A DNA stretch of 64,000 bases from Alphaproteobacteria bacterium (GTDB taxonomy: Bacteria > Pseudomonadota > Alphaproteobacteria > GM7ARS4 > CBDIDI01), in NCBI GenBank assembly GCA_965277685.1, contig OZ255830.1, positions 14,829 through 78,828 of the forward strand. Reading direction: 5' to 3'. Every line of letters begins with the position of its first letter. Positions within the stretch are counted from its first letter, which is position 1. The notes beneath the pieces are model-generated. The model was not told the origin of the DNA and did no database searches. It saw only the letters and a program-made list of their open reading frames with translations. The translations under genes were made by a program, and so were the position numbers. Below are positions 49,004-58,175 of the stretch, piece by piece.

Positions 49004-51171
49004 TGGCCAATTTTAATGTGTCCATCATCGCCCGGCTAGTCGACCGGATGACGCCCGCCATCAAGCGGATATCGACGTCGATCGGGCGATGGGACAAGCA
49101 AACGCGCAAGACCGAAAAAGGGTCGGATCGCCTATATCGGGCAACGGCACGGACCAACGACCGTATCGGTCAATATACCCGTTCTGCGCGCAGGGCCGCC
49201 AACGCGACGAATGAAATGGCGGCGGCACAGGGTTCCTTTATGAGAAGCATCGATGCTCAAGGCAAGGCGTTAAGACGGGAGTTGTCGGCATTATCGCTTG
49301 GCCGTGCAATCAACCGCAGCGCCATGGCATCGATCCGTGCCCTTGGTGAGGTAGAGCGCGCCACCGGTGCGTTGGCCACGATCGGGGTGAAAAATCTAAC
49401 CATGATGACCAAAGCCGGACAGGACATGGAACGTCAATGGGCGGGGATCACCGCCGCCGATTTTATCCGGGCCGCTTATGATATTAAATCCGGCATATCG
49501 ACCCTCGATGATGCGGGGGTGGCATCGATGACCCGTGCGGCGGCCCTTACCGCCAAGGCAACCAAAAGCCAAGTCACGCAGATGACGTCTTTGTTCGCTG
49601 CATCGTATGGGATATTCAAGCGCCAGTTTTCCGAACTATCGGACGGTGATTTCGGCCATCTGTTTGCGGCGGCGCTGGCCAAATCGGTGCAGCAGTTCAA
49701 AACCGGCGCCAGCGCTATGCAGAGTGCTATTGAGAGTGCCGGGGCAGGGGCGGCCAATATCGGCATGGCAATGGACGAGCAGCTGGCCGTGTTGGGTATG
49801 ATGCAGGCCCAAATGCAGCCCGGCGAGGCAGGGACATCGTTGCGTGCCTTTGCCACCAATGCGGCCAAAGCCCACCAAGCGTTTCAAGAACTGGGTGGTG
49901 ACGTCGCCATCCTCGACGAAGACGGCATGTTACGGGCCATGCCCGCCATTTTGGCCGACCTTGGATCCCGCTACGGCAAGACTTTGGACGCCATCGAAAC
50001 CGATGAAATCCAAAAGGCCTTTGGCACCGATGAAGCGATGAAGCTGATCCGCGCCCTGTGGGGGCAAGAGGCAGCGCTGCGCGGCAATGCGCGCGCCCTG
50101 AACATGGCAGCCAAGGAAGGATTGCCATTCGTCGATAGGATGGCGCGATTGGCCGATAATAGCTTCCAGTCACGTCTGGATCGGATAACGCAAAGCTTCA
50201 ACGTCATGAACCAACGCATTGGCAAAGCCTTGGTGCCGACCTTCGACAAGTTGATCCCCTTAGTGGAAAAGGTGACGATGTTCATTGCCGATTTTGCCGA
50301 AGCGCATCCCGGCTGGACTGCGGCGATCGGGGCTTTGGCAATGGCGATTGGTGCCGTCGCCAGCGTGGTCGGCAACTTAATCATGGTCCTTGCGGGGGCA
50401 AAGACACTGGGGTTTTCTTTCACCGGCGCCATGAGGGGGGTCGGAAGATCGGTGATGGGTGCCGTGGGTGCCTTCCGCTCTTTAAGCATCTGGACCTTGA
50501 CCCTTGGCCGCAGCTTTGCCGTTTTTGCGTTCACATCGGTCGTCTCGATGGGCGCGTCCCTGCTCGGTCTTGCCCGGGGTGTCATTCCGATGGTGATTGC
50601 CGGCTTGCGTATATTGACGGTGGCGATGATGACCAACCCGGTCGGCCTGGTCATTGGCGGGATTGCTTTGGCGGCGGGGTTGATCATTGCCAACTGGGAA
50701 AAGGTCAAATCGTTCTTTGCCACTATTTGGGATGCCGTCAAGCCGGTCTGGGAAGTCTTTGCTAAATGGCTTGGCACTTTTTTTGATATCATTCTGGCCC
50801 CGTCCCGGTGGATCTGGGACAAGCTTTCGTCCCTCGGTGGCCTTGTCTCCGGCCTCGATGGTGGAAGTAACGACGAGAAACCACCATCCACCGCGATGAA
50901 TGACCGTCCTTGGGCAAATGACGCGAAACCACCATCCACCGTGATGGCTGACAGCCCTTGGGCACCCGGCAACACGACATCCTCGACAATATCGAACACA
51001 TCCCAAAACACATCCCGGAATACGTCCCAAAACACATCCCAAAACACATCCCAGTCCAATCACTTTACGATCAACGCCGGGCCGGGCCAGGACGTGCGAT
51101 CGATCGCCGATGAAGTGGCCCGTATCTTGCGCCACGATCGTTTGGCGGCGGGTCACGACGGGGCCTATTGA
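49003..51171 (+). CDS. Tail tape measure protein.
   Basis: 722 aa, alpha-helical, with central hydrophobic segments, in the position after E/E'. The C-terminal NTSQ repeats are encoded by a DNA tandem repeat at about 50870-51060. Confidence 0.75.
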   Translation: MANFNVSIIARLVDRMTPAIKRISTSIGRWDKQTRKTEKGSDRLYRATARTNDRIGQYTRSARRAANATNEMAAAQGSFMRSIDAQGKALRRELSALSLGRAINRSAMASIRALGEVERATGALATIGVKNLTMMTKAGQDMERQWAGITAADFIRAAYDIKSGISTLDDAGVASMTRAAALTAKATKSQVTQMTSLFAASYGIFKRQFSELSDGDFGHLFAAALAKSVQQFKTGASAMQSAIESAGAGAANIGMAMDEQLAVLGMMQAQMQPGEAGTSLRAFATNAAKAHQAFQELGGDVAILDEDGMLRAMPAILADLGSRYGKTLDAIETDEIQKAFGTDEAMKLIRALWGQEAALRGNARALNMAAKEGLPFVDRMARLADNSFQSRLDRITQSFNVMNQRIGKALVPTFDKLIPLVEKVTMFIADFAEAHPGWTAAIGALAMAIGAVASVVGNLIMVLAGAKTLGFSFTGAMRGVGRSVMGAVGAFRSLSIWTLTLGRSFAVFAFTSVVSMGASLLGLARGVIPMVIAGLRILTVAMMTNPVGLVIGGIALAAGLIIANWEKVKSFFATIWDAVKPVWEVFAKWLGTFFDIILAPSRWIWDKLSSLGGLVSGLDGGSNDEKPPSTAMNDRPWANDAKPPSTVMADSPWAPGNTTSSTISNTSQNTSRNTSQNTSQNTSQSNHFTINAGPGQDVRSIADEVARILRHDRLAAGHDGAY

Positions 51172-51172
51172 T

Positions 51173-52141
51173 ATGGCCGATATTATGTTAGCACTGGGGG
51201 AATACCGCTTTTCCATAGACCACGCCGCCTATCAGTCACTCCGGCGCACGGCGCGATGGAAATGGGCGGCGCAAGATAGAATTGGCCACGCGCCAAGTTT
51301 GCATTACACCGGTAATGGGGCTGAAGAAATCGAGCTGTCGGGCACGATTTACCCCCATTTTCGCGGCGGCACCGGTCAGATTGAAAATATGCGGGCGATG
51401 GCCGGCGAGGGACAGCCTTTGGTCATGTCGGGCGGCAGTGGCCGGCATCATGGCAATTGGGTGATAGAGGAAATCGAGGAAGACGAGGCGGCGTTCTTAA
51501 AAGGCGGCACGGCGGCAAAAGTGGGCTTTCGTCTGCGCCTTAAACGCTATGTCGGCCAAGCCCATTCAACCGGAAAGCCCGCATCATCCGCAGGTGTTGG
51601 CCAATTATCGCGGATGGCACCGCTATCGCCACCGATTGCCGATTTACCGGAACGCCTTCGCCCCGTGGCGAATGACCTTCCCCTTGGCACGGATGTGGTT
51701 GCCTTGGAACAATCTTTGTATCGGGTTCGGCATATCCGGGGCGGTGATGAAATGGCGGCGATAAACTGGGTGCGCGGGCAGGCCAATACGCTTGGGCTTG
51801 GTGGCTTTAACGCCATGTTGGGCAATCTGGCCAATGATACGCCGCTATCGGTGGCGCAAGATATGGGGATTGCCGAATGGACCGGCGCAATACGGGCGCT
51901 ATCGTCCTTTACGGATCGTCCCGGCACGGCGGCCGGGCGACTGTTGGCCAAGCTTCCGGCCGTTTCTCGTGTGATGGGACTCCGCGCGGCGGCAACCAAC
52001 ACGCGGACACGTCTGCAATACGTCCGCCGCCATTGGAATGACCGTGATTGGCTCTCTCGACCCGGTTGGCCTTACGGCAAGGACGATCATGACCTGATGG
52101 GCTTGCTGTTGGCCCGGATGATGATGGGCGGTGCGTCATGA
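51173..52141 (+). CDS. Tail protein U (P2 gpU family) with a C-terminal extension of about 200 aa.
   Basis: MADIMLALGEYRFS...RIGHAPSLHYTGNGAEEIELSGTIYPHFRGG....ENMRAMAGEGQPLVMSGG.G...G.WVIEEIEE.E.AFLKGG.AAKVGFRLRLKRY follows gpU over about 140 aa. The ORF then continues without a stop to 52141. Confidence 0.75.
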   Translation: MADIMLALGEYRFSIDHAAYQSLRRTARWKWAAQDRIGHAPSLHYTGNGAEEIELSGTIYPHFRGGTGQIENMRAMAGEGQPLVMSGGSGRHHGNWVIEEIEEDEAAFLKGGTAAKVGFRLRLKRYVGQAHSTGKPASSAGVGQLSRMAPLSPPIADLPERLRPVANDLPLGTDVVALEQSLYRVRHIRGGDEMAAINWVRGQANTLGLGGFNAMLGNLANDTPLSVAQDMGIAEWTGAIRALSSFTDRPGTAAGRLLAKLPAVSRVMGLRAAATNTRTRLQYVRRHWNDRDWLSRPGWPYGKDDHDLMGLLLARMMMGGAS

Positions 52142-52344
52142 TGTATTATCGGACAAACGATGGCGACATGCTGGACGTGATTTGTTGGCGTCACTACGGC
52201 CGCACTTCCGGCGTCGTCGAACAGGTGATGGAAGCAAACCCGGGGGTCGCATCGATGGGCGCGGTATTGCCGACCGGAATGGTGATTATGCTGCCGGATA
52301 TTACGCCCGCGCGCGAGACCACTATCGTGCGCCTCTGGGACTAG
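52138..52344 (+). CDS. Tail protein X (P2 gpX family, LysM-like).
   Basis: YRTNDGDMLDVICWRHYGRTSGVVEQVMEANPGVASMGAVLPTGMVIMLPDI compared with P2 gpX FALQGDTLDAICVRYYGRTEGVVETVLAANPGLAELGAVLPHGTAVELPDV. Confidence 0.85.
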   Translation: MMYYRTNDGDMLDVICWRHYGRTSGVVEQVMEANPGVASMGAVLPTGMVIMLPDITPARETTIVRLWD

Positions 52345-52347
52345 GCC

Positions 52348-53307
52348 ATGCGCCCGGCCTGGACGATACGCGCCGACAGCACCGACATCACGGCGGCGAT
52401 CCGCGATTATTTAAGCGAAATGCGGATTGAGGACGGTATTGGTGACAAGCCGGATTCGATCACCTTGACCATAGATGGCGATGGCGTGACCGTGCCGCGC
52501 ACCGGCGCATTGCTGGAAGCGTCCATCGGTTATCGGGATACGCCCTTGGTCAAGCAGGGCCTTTATAAGGTTGACGAGATCGAGGTCAGTGGCCCGCCAA
52601 CCCGGATTCGCATTACCGCAGGGGCGGCCAATTATCGGGAAAAGATGAAAGCCCATAAATCCCGGTCGTGGCGGGGCCGCACCTTGGGCGCAGTGATTAA
52701 TGTCATTGCGGCCGAACATGGATTAAAGCCCAGGATCGATGCGGAACTTGGCGCCATTGAACTGCCCCACAAGGATCAGGTCGGGGAAAGCGATCTGCAT
52801 TTCTTGCGCCGGATCGCCCGTGATTATGGCGCGGTCGTCAAACCGGCCGATGGCAATCTTATCTTGGCCAAACGCGGCCAAGGCAAAAGCGTGTCGGGTA
52901 AATCGATCCCATCGATCACTCTCAATGCCAACGACGTCACGACCTGGCGGGGGGCCTTTAGCGAACGCTTGCGCTTTACCGCCGTCACCGCCCGTTGGCA
53001 TGACACGGACGCGGGGCATGATATCGATGTCAACGTGGGCGATCGATCCGGGCCTATCTATACCCTGAAGCAAGTCTATCGTGACGCGAGCGCCGCTCGC
53101 CATGCGGCCCAGGCTAAAATGGAGGCGCTTAGGCGGGGCAAAGCAAGCCTGTCTATCACCATGCCCGGCCGTCCGGCCATCCAGGCCGAAAGCCTTCTTA
53201 CCATTACCGATATCGCTGTCATCCGTGGCTCTTGGACCATCACCAAAACCACCCATGCCATCACCTCATCCGGCTTTACCACAAGCATCGAGGCCGAAAG
53301 CGCATAA
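52348..53307 (+). CDS. Late control/tail protein D (P2 gpD family).
   Basis: 319 aa; the gpD pattern includes DITAAIRDYLSEMRIEDGIGDKPDSITLTIDG and C-terminal ITMPGRPAIQAESLLTITDIAVIRGSWTITKTTHA. Confidence 0.8.
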   Translation: MRPAWTIRADSTDITAAIRDYLSEMRIEDGIGDKPDSITLTIDGDGVTVPRTGALLEASIGYRDTPLVKQGLYKVDEIEVSGPPTRIRITAGAANYREKMKAHKSRSWRGRTLGAVINVIAAEHGLKPRIDAELGAIELPHKDQVGESDLHFLRRIARDYGAVVKPADGNLILAKRGQGKSVSGKSIPSITLNANDVTTWRGAFSERLRFTAVTARWHDTDAGHDIDVNVGDRSGPIYTLKQVYRDASAARHAAQAKMEALRRGKASLSITMPGRPAIQAESLLTITDIAVIRGSWTITKTTHAITSSGFTTSIEAESA

Positions 53308-53400
53308 ATACCGCCAAGGCGAACCTTGCGCCGGGCAAAGCGATCATCACCAACACCACCTAAAAGCAGTGCCAAAACGACAATTTCGGTGGGTGAAAAG

Positions 53401-53446
53401 GTCGCAAACCATCTGTCGCGTGCTCGCAAACCATCTGTCGCGCTAC
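53401..53446. repeat. Right-end transposase-binding-site-like repeats: two adjacent copies, tcgcaaaccatctgtcgcg(t/c)(g/t)c.
   Basis: They are the reverse complement of the left-end repeats at 29161-29218. Confidence 0.7.
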
Positions 53447-53481
53447 ATACAATCCCGATGGGCCCGATATGCCCGATATAA

Positions 53482-53558
53482 TGGTAGCGGAGGAGGGACT
53501 CGAACCCCCGACCTAGTGATTATGATTCACCCGCTCTAACCAGCTGAGCTACTCCGCC
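53482..53558 (-). tRNA. tRNA with a CAU anticodon: elongator tRNA-Met, or tRNA-Ile2 if modified to lysidine. Its 3' CCA end faces the right end of the mobile element.
   Basis: Minus-strand sequence GGCGGAGTAGCTCAGCTGGTTAGAGCGGGTGAATCATAATCACTAGGTCGGGGGTTCGAGTCCCTCCTCCGCTACCA has a 7-bp acceptor stem, a D-loop AGCTCAGCTGGTTAGAGC, an anticodon loop ATCATAA, and a T-arm GGTTCGAGTCC. Confidence 0.85.
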
Positions 53559-54036
53559 ATCGTTCGGTATCGGTTGAGAAATAAGGCTTTTATCGTATTT
53601 TTCTTCCGACCTTATTTTCCGGTGTGGCTCCATCTTTTAGTGCGTGGCGCCGATTTGTAAAGCCTCGATGTTCCTTGATGGGTCAATTTTCGCCGATTCG
53701 CGTCCTGCGAAGGGTGCGCCACCCGCCGCCGATTGGCCCACCGATTGACCCGTCGATTGACCGGTGATGGCCCAAGCCCGCGCGATGGTCACGCCCGGAC
53801 AGCGCCTTGATTGCCGATCGGCATATCCCACATTCGGCATTCCATCGACAAACCGCACCGCATCTTTGCCGTTCAATAGCACAAAAGGGACTTTTGGGCC
53901 TAATCTTAATTGCGTGGAAATCGGCAAATAACCGATAAGGAATATGCCCGATGGGGACGGGTCGCAAAGCCGGGTAAGGGAAGGCCACCGATCGATGGTT
54001 GGTCATGTCCGAAAGACATGGATCGATCCGTGATGA

Positions 54037-55329
54037 TTAATAATCTGGGGGCGATGGATTGCCGTCGGCGGTGGGGCGGGGTGAACGGCCATCGGCAGGC
54101 ATGGGGTGCGCGTGGCGATTGACGCTTTTTGCGATCCAGCCACCGCCAAGCAGGCGATCGCCATCATAAAAAACACAGGCCTGGCCCGGGGAGACCCCAA
54201 AAAGAGGAATGGTCGCGGTAACGCGAAAGGCGTGCCGCTTTTCCGATAGCCGATCCGAAGATGGGGTTCCGGAAGATGGGGAACCGGACGATGGAAACGT
54301 TGCCGATAACGACGGGCGATCGGATGGATCGGCAAGATCGTCAATGGGGCATTTTTCAACGCGAACGGGAATGGGTTCTTGGGACGATCGAAATTGCATA
54401 TGCGCGCTAAAGGGGAAATCCGGCAACGCCGTGTCTATCCAATCGATCGATCGCAAAAGAATCCCGGTGCAGGCCAAGGCGCGGCGGGGGCCGACGACAA
54501 CCCGGCCCTGCCGCGCATCGATGGCGATAACGTAAAGGGGCTCTTCCGGGCGATTTTGATCGCCGCCAATACCAAGTCCCCGGCGCTGTCCGACGGTAAA
54601 ACGCGAAATGCCATGGTGGCGACCCAAAACAGTGCCGTCCAGATGGACAATATCACCATCGTCTTCCTTGCCGGCAATGCCGTCGATCAAAGAAGCATAG
54701 CGCCGATCGGGAACAAAACAAATATCTTGGGAATCCGGTTTTTCAGCAACCGGAATATTCCATTGGCGGGCAAGATCACGCACGTCCTTTTTTAGCATAT
54801 CACCGATCGGAAAGCGTAAAAAGCGAAGCTGTTCTTGCGATGTGTTGAAAAGAAAATAACTTTGGTCACGCCGGTGATCACGGCCGCGCCAAAGCTCTGC
54901 CCTATGATTGGCACCGATCCGGCGGCGGACATAATGTCCGGTGGCAAGCGCGGTGGCACCAAAACTGCGGGCATGGATTAAAAGATCACGGAATTTAATC
55001 TTTTGATTGCATTGAATGCATGGAATCGGGGTTTCACCGCGCCGATAGGCGGCAACGAAATCGTCGATCACCTCCCGGCGGAAACGTTGTTCGTAATTCA
55101 GGACATAGTGGTCGATGCCGATGGCATCGGCCGCCCGACGGGCATCCTCGATATCAACCCCGGCACAACATGTGCGGCTGCGGGTCGATGTTGCCCGACC
55201 GGCATCGTAAAGTTGCAGGGTAATGCCGATAACGGTGTATCCTTCTTTTTTGCACCAAGCGGCAGCCAAGGCCGAATCAACCCCGCCGGACATGGCAACA
55301 ACGATTTTTTCATCTTTTTTTCCTACCAT
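54037..55329 (-). CDS. mnmA: tRNA-specific 2-thiouridylase MnmA with a Ser/Gly-rich repeat insert near the C-terminus.
   Basis: VVAMSGGVDSALAA PP-loop, CCAG...IPCIQCNQKIKF; the insert is encoded by a DNA repeat at about 54240-54300. Confidence 0.85.
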   Translation of the reverse strand: MVGKKDEKIVVAMSGGVDSALAAAWCKKEGYTVIGITLQLYDAGRATSTRSRTCCAGVDIEDARRAADAIGIDHYVLNYEQRFRREVIDDFVAAYRRGETPIPCIQCNQKIKFRDLLIHARSFGATALATGHYVRRRIGANHRAELWRGRDHRRDQSYFLFNTSQEQLRFLRFPIGDMLKKDVRDLARQWNIPVAEKPDSQDICFVPDRRYASLIDGIAGKEDDGDIVHLDGTVLGRHHGISRFTVGQRRGLGIGGDQNRPEEPLYVIAIDARQGRVVVGPRRALACTGILLRSIDWIDTALPDFPFSAHMQFRSSQEPIPVRVEKCPIDDLADPSDRPSLSATFPSSGSPSSGTPSSDRLSEKRHAFRVTATIPLFGVSPGQACVFYDGDRLLGGGWIAKSVNRHAHPMPADGRSPRPTADGNPSPPDY

Positions 55330-55423
55330 AATCGTCCCTTTTGACGCGGTGTTTTATCGATCGGGCGGCAATGGCATCGCCGATTGCCGCGAGCGGGCGC
55401 CGATAGTGATATTATCGGCGATA

Positions 55424-56857
55424 TCATGACTTCTTTTTTTCCGCCAGAACCTTGCCCGGATTTAGAATGGCCAATGGATCAAGGGCATCCTTCAATCGAT
55501 GCATAATATCCATGCTGACATCGCTTTTATAGCGCGGTAAATCATCCCGGCGCAATTGTCCTATGCCATGTTCGGCACTGATCGATCCGCGCATACGGGT
55601 GACAAGATCATAAATGGGCGCGGCAAAACGAGACTGGAGGGAAAGAAAGCGATCCCCATCCATATCGACCGGGCGCTGCAAATTATAGTGGATATTACCA
55701 TCGCCGATATGGCCAAAGGCAACAATGCGAACATCGGCAAGAATGGCACGCACCAATGGCTCGGCCCGCTTTAGGAAAAGAGGCACATCGGCCGGCGCAA
55801 CCGATATATCATGTTTCAAACTGCCCTGTTCGCGTTGCTCGGCCTCGGTAATCGTTTCACGAAGACGCCACAACTTCTTTTGTTGGGCGATAGCGGTTGC
55901 AAAGACGGCATCGCGACCCCCGCCCTTGCCGCAATAGGGGGCAAGATGGTCTTCGAGGGCATGGAACATGGTATCGCGCGGATCATTGGATTCCACCCGC
56001 ATCAGGACATAGGCCCGGGCGGGCTTTGCAAAGGGCAGGGCGGTGCCCGGAATATGTTTGAGCACCAATTGGATGGCGATATCGGGGATATATTCAAAAG
56101 CGCTTGGCCAAATTCCGTGCGCGGTAAGTGTTTCAAGCATGTTTCGGGCCATGGCCGCATCATCCACCCCGATCATGACGCTTTGTTGCCGTTGGGCAAG
56201 CGGCCGAAGGGATAATGTCGCGGCCGTGATCAAGCCCAAGGTTCCTTCCGATCCGATAAACAGCTGTTTTAAGTCATAGCCGCTGTTGTCCTTGCTGAGG
56301 GTGCGCAATCCGTCAAAAATGCGCCCATCGGCCAAAACGACCTCGAGTCCAAGGACGAGGCGGCGGGTCATTCCATAGCGCAAGACATTAAGCCCACCGG
56401 CATTGGTGGCGATATTGCCACCGATTTCGCAACTGCCCTCGGAGGCAAGGGCAAGGGGAAAAAGAAATCCGGCTTTTTCGGCGGCGGTCTGAATATCCTT
56501 AAGGATACAACCGGCCTCGACCGTGATAACGGCGTTATGCCGATCCATCGAGCGAATGCGGTTCATGCGACTCATGTTAATCAAAATCTCGCCCTTGCCC
56601 GGACGTGGCACCGATGCCCCGGTCAATCCCGTATTCCCGCCCTGGGGCACGATACCGATCCCCGCTTTGGCGCAGATTTTAACGATATCCGCCAATTGAT
56701 GGGCGGTGCGCGGCCAGATTAAAAAGGTGGTTTCGCCGGGGAATTGACGCCGATGGTCCAGGCAATAGGGGGCGATAACGTCGGGATCGTCACTCCAGTC
56801 TTGATCCGGTGTCAAGCGCTTGATTTGCCGGATGGCGGCGGGGCGGGATAATGGCAT
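55424..56857 (-). CDS. FAD-linked oxidase (GlcD / D-lactate or D-2-hydroxyacid dehydrogenase family).
   Basis: FAD-binding PCMH domain (VPQGGNTGLTGASVP...) and a C-terminal FAD-oxidase_C domain. Confidence 0.8.
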   Translation of the reverse strand: MPLSRPAAIRQIKRLTPDQDWSDDPDVIAPYCLDHRRQFPGETTFLIWPRTAHQLADIVKICAKAGIGIVPQGGNTGLTGASVPRPGKGEILINMSRMNRIRSMDRHNAVITVEAGCILKDIQTAAEKAGFLFPLALASEGSCEIGGNIATNAGGLNVLRYGMTRRLVLGLEVVLADGRIFDGLRTLSKDNSGYDLKQLFIGSEGTLGLITAATLSLRPLAQRQQSVMIGVDDAAMARNMLETLTAHGIWPSAFEYIPDIAIQLVLKHIPGTALPFAKPARAYVLMRVESNDPRDTMFHALEDHLAPYCGKGGGRDAVFATAIAQQKKLWRLRETITEAEQREQGSLKHDISVAPADVPLFLKRAEPLVRAILADVRIVAFGHIGDGNIHYNLQRPVDMDGDRFLSLQSRFAAPIYDLVTRMRGSISAEHGIGQLRRDDLPRYKSDVSMDIMHRLKDALDPLAILNPGKVLAEKKKS

Positions 56858-56907
56858 TCGATATAAAGGGGAATGGAAACGGGGATCTATGATGGAATGA
56901 CGGGACG

Positions 56908-58005
56908 TTAACCACCGGCCGCGCGTTGCAGTCGATCATTGATGGCAATGCCAATCCCGATATGCGGAATGGGAGAAACGGCAATTTGCCGAACGGATGG
57001 GCGATCGAGGCGGCGCATCATATGGTATAAATTGGCGGCGGCCTCGTCCAGGTCACCGCGGCGGCTTAATTGGGCCGTTGCCGGGCAATGGGGTGGCGGA
57101 TCGGCCGCAAAAAGCAAAGCGGCTTCGTCGGCTTCAAAATGCCGAACATCCAATCGCACGGGCCGAGACGGCGCGTAATGGCGCCGATATTGTCCCGGCG
57201 CATTCGGATAGTCATTCGAGAAATAGTCATTGGGCGGACAATCCTTGGCCGAATGGTCGTCCGGGGGGGCACAATCGGGGGCACCGTCACGGTAAAGGGT
57301 GGGGGCGTGAATATCGGCATTGACACCGCGATCGGAAAGAATGCGCGCAATCGCCCCACGATCAATCGGCCCGGGGCGCAATATAGCGACACACGCCCGG
57401 TCGTTACGGCCGCTTGCCGATTGCGGCGAAACGGCAATAATCGTCGATTCAATACCATTCGCACAAGACCCGCCATCCAACACGCCAAACAGATTGGGAT
57501 CATCGGGAAAGACGACGTCCTTTGCCCGGGTTGGACTGATTTGACCGGATATATTGGCACTTGGCGCGGCGATTGGACAATCGCAATAATCGAGCAATCT
57601 TCGGGCAATCGGATTGGCCGGCACCCGTAGGGCAACCGTATCAAGACCGGCGCAAACACCCTTTGCGATATGGCTTCCTCGCTTCATGACCAATGTGAGC
57701 GGCCCGGGCCAGAAGGCATGTGCGAGAAAGCGGGCGATATTATCGGCGCAATCATCAAAATCGGCGATGCGTTCGGCATGGGCAAGATCACGGCAATGGA
57801 CGATCAATGGGTTGCCTTTGGGACGCTTCTTGATGGTGAATATATGCGCGATTGCATCATCATTCCCGGCATCGGCCCCGATTCCATAGACCGTTTCCGT
57901 TGGAAAAATGACCAATTTTCCACCGTGCAATGCCGCGGCCGCGGCGCGCAGACCATCGTCATCGGCGGCAATGGGCGATATGTGCGGCACGGAAATGGGC
58001 GTCAT
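56908..58005 (-). CDS. tsaC: L-threonylcarbamoyladenylate synthase (Sua5/YrdC/TsaC family, long form with a Sua5 C-terminal domain).
   Basis: GKLVIFPTETVYGIGADA...NPLIVH...SANISG is the YrdC domain; a low-complexity insert lies before the C-terminal domain. Confidence 0.8.
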   Translation of the reverse strand: MTPISVPHISPIAADDDGLRAAAAALHGGKLVIFPTETVYGIGADAGNDDAIAHIFTIKKRPKGNPLIVHCRDLAHAERIADFDDCADNIARFLAHAFWPGPLTLVMKRGSHIAKGVCAGLDTVALRVPANPIARRLLDYCDCPIAAPSANISGQISPTRAKDVVFPDDPNLFGVLDGGSCANGIESTIIAVSPQSASGRNDRACVAILRPGPIDRGAIARILSDRGVNADIHAPTLYRDGAPDCAPPDDHSAKDCPPNDYFSNDYPNAPGQYRRHYAPSRPVRLDVRHFEADEAALLFAADPPPHCPATAQLSRRGDLDEAAANLYHMMRRLDRPSVRQIAVSPIPHIGIGIAINDRLQRAAGG

Positions 58006-58175
58006 GATTAAGATGGGGGATTAGAGTGAGGGGTTAAAGCGAGCGGCAAAACAAGTGGGTAGGCACGCCACGGAAAAGACCGCCAGGATACGGATGGCGC
58101 CCATAGGCAAAGCGGATCAAGACCGGATCAAAGAAAAGCAAAGCGCGATCCTTAATGATGATGGCGGCAATGAGT

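Larger units (their letters stand above)
29161..53446 (+). mobile_element. Mu-like transposable element with a P2/R-pyocin-like tail and lysis module and no head genes (defective transposable prophage or tailocin-like element); about 24.3 kb.
   Basis: Bounded by inverted repeats at 29161-29218 and 53401-53446. Contents: leftward XRE repressor; Ner-like, ParB-like, DDE transposase A, AAA+ B, GemA-like and Mor-like; lysis genes; complete contractile tail cluster. No terminase, portal or capsid ORF is present. Confidence 0.7.

Noticed and set aside
53482-53558. Integrase-mediated insertion into the tRNA 3' end as the mechanism for the 24-kb element.
   Set aside because: No tyrosine or serine recombinase gene is present in or near the element, and the element carries a DDE transposase with inverted-repeat ends. 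The tRNA adjacency is noted as a finding but is not called an att site.
53637-54122. Three overlapping 70-107-aa ORFs between tRNA-Met and mnmA.
   Set aside because: They are mutually overlapping on both strands with no motifs or ribosome-binding sites. The region is treated as non-coding.
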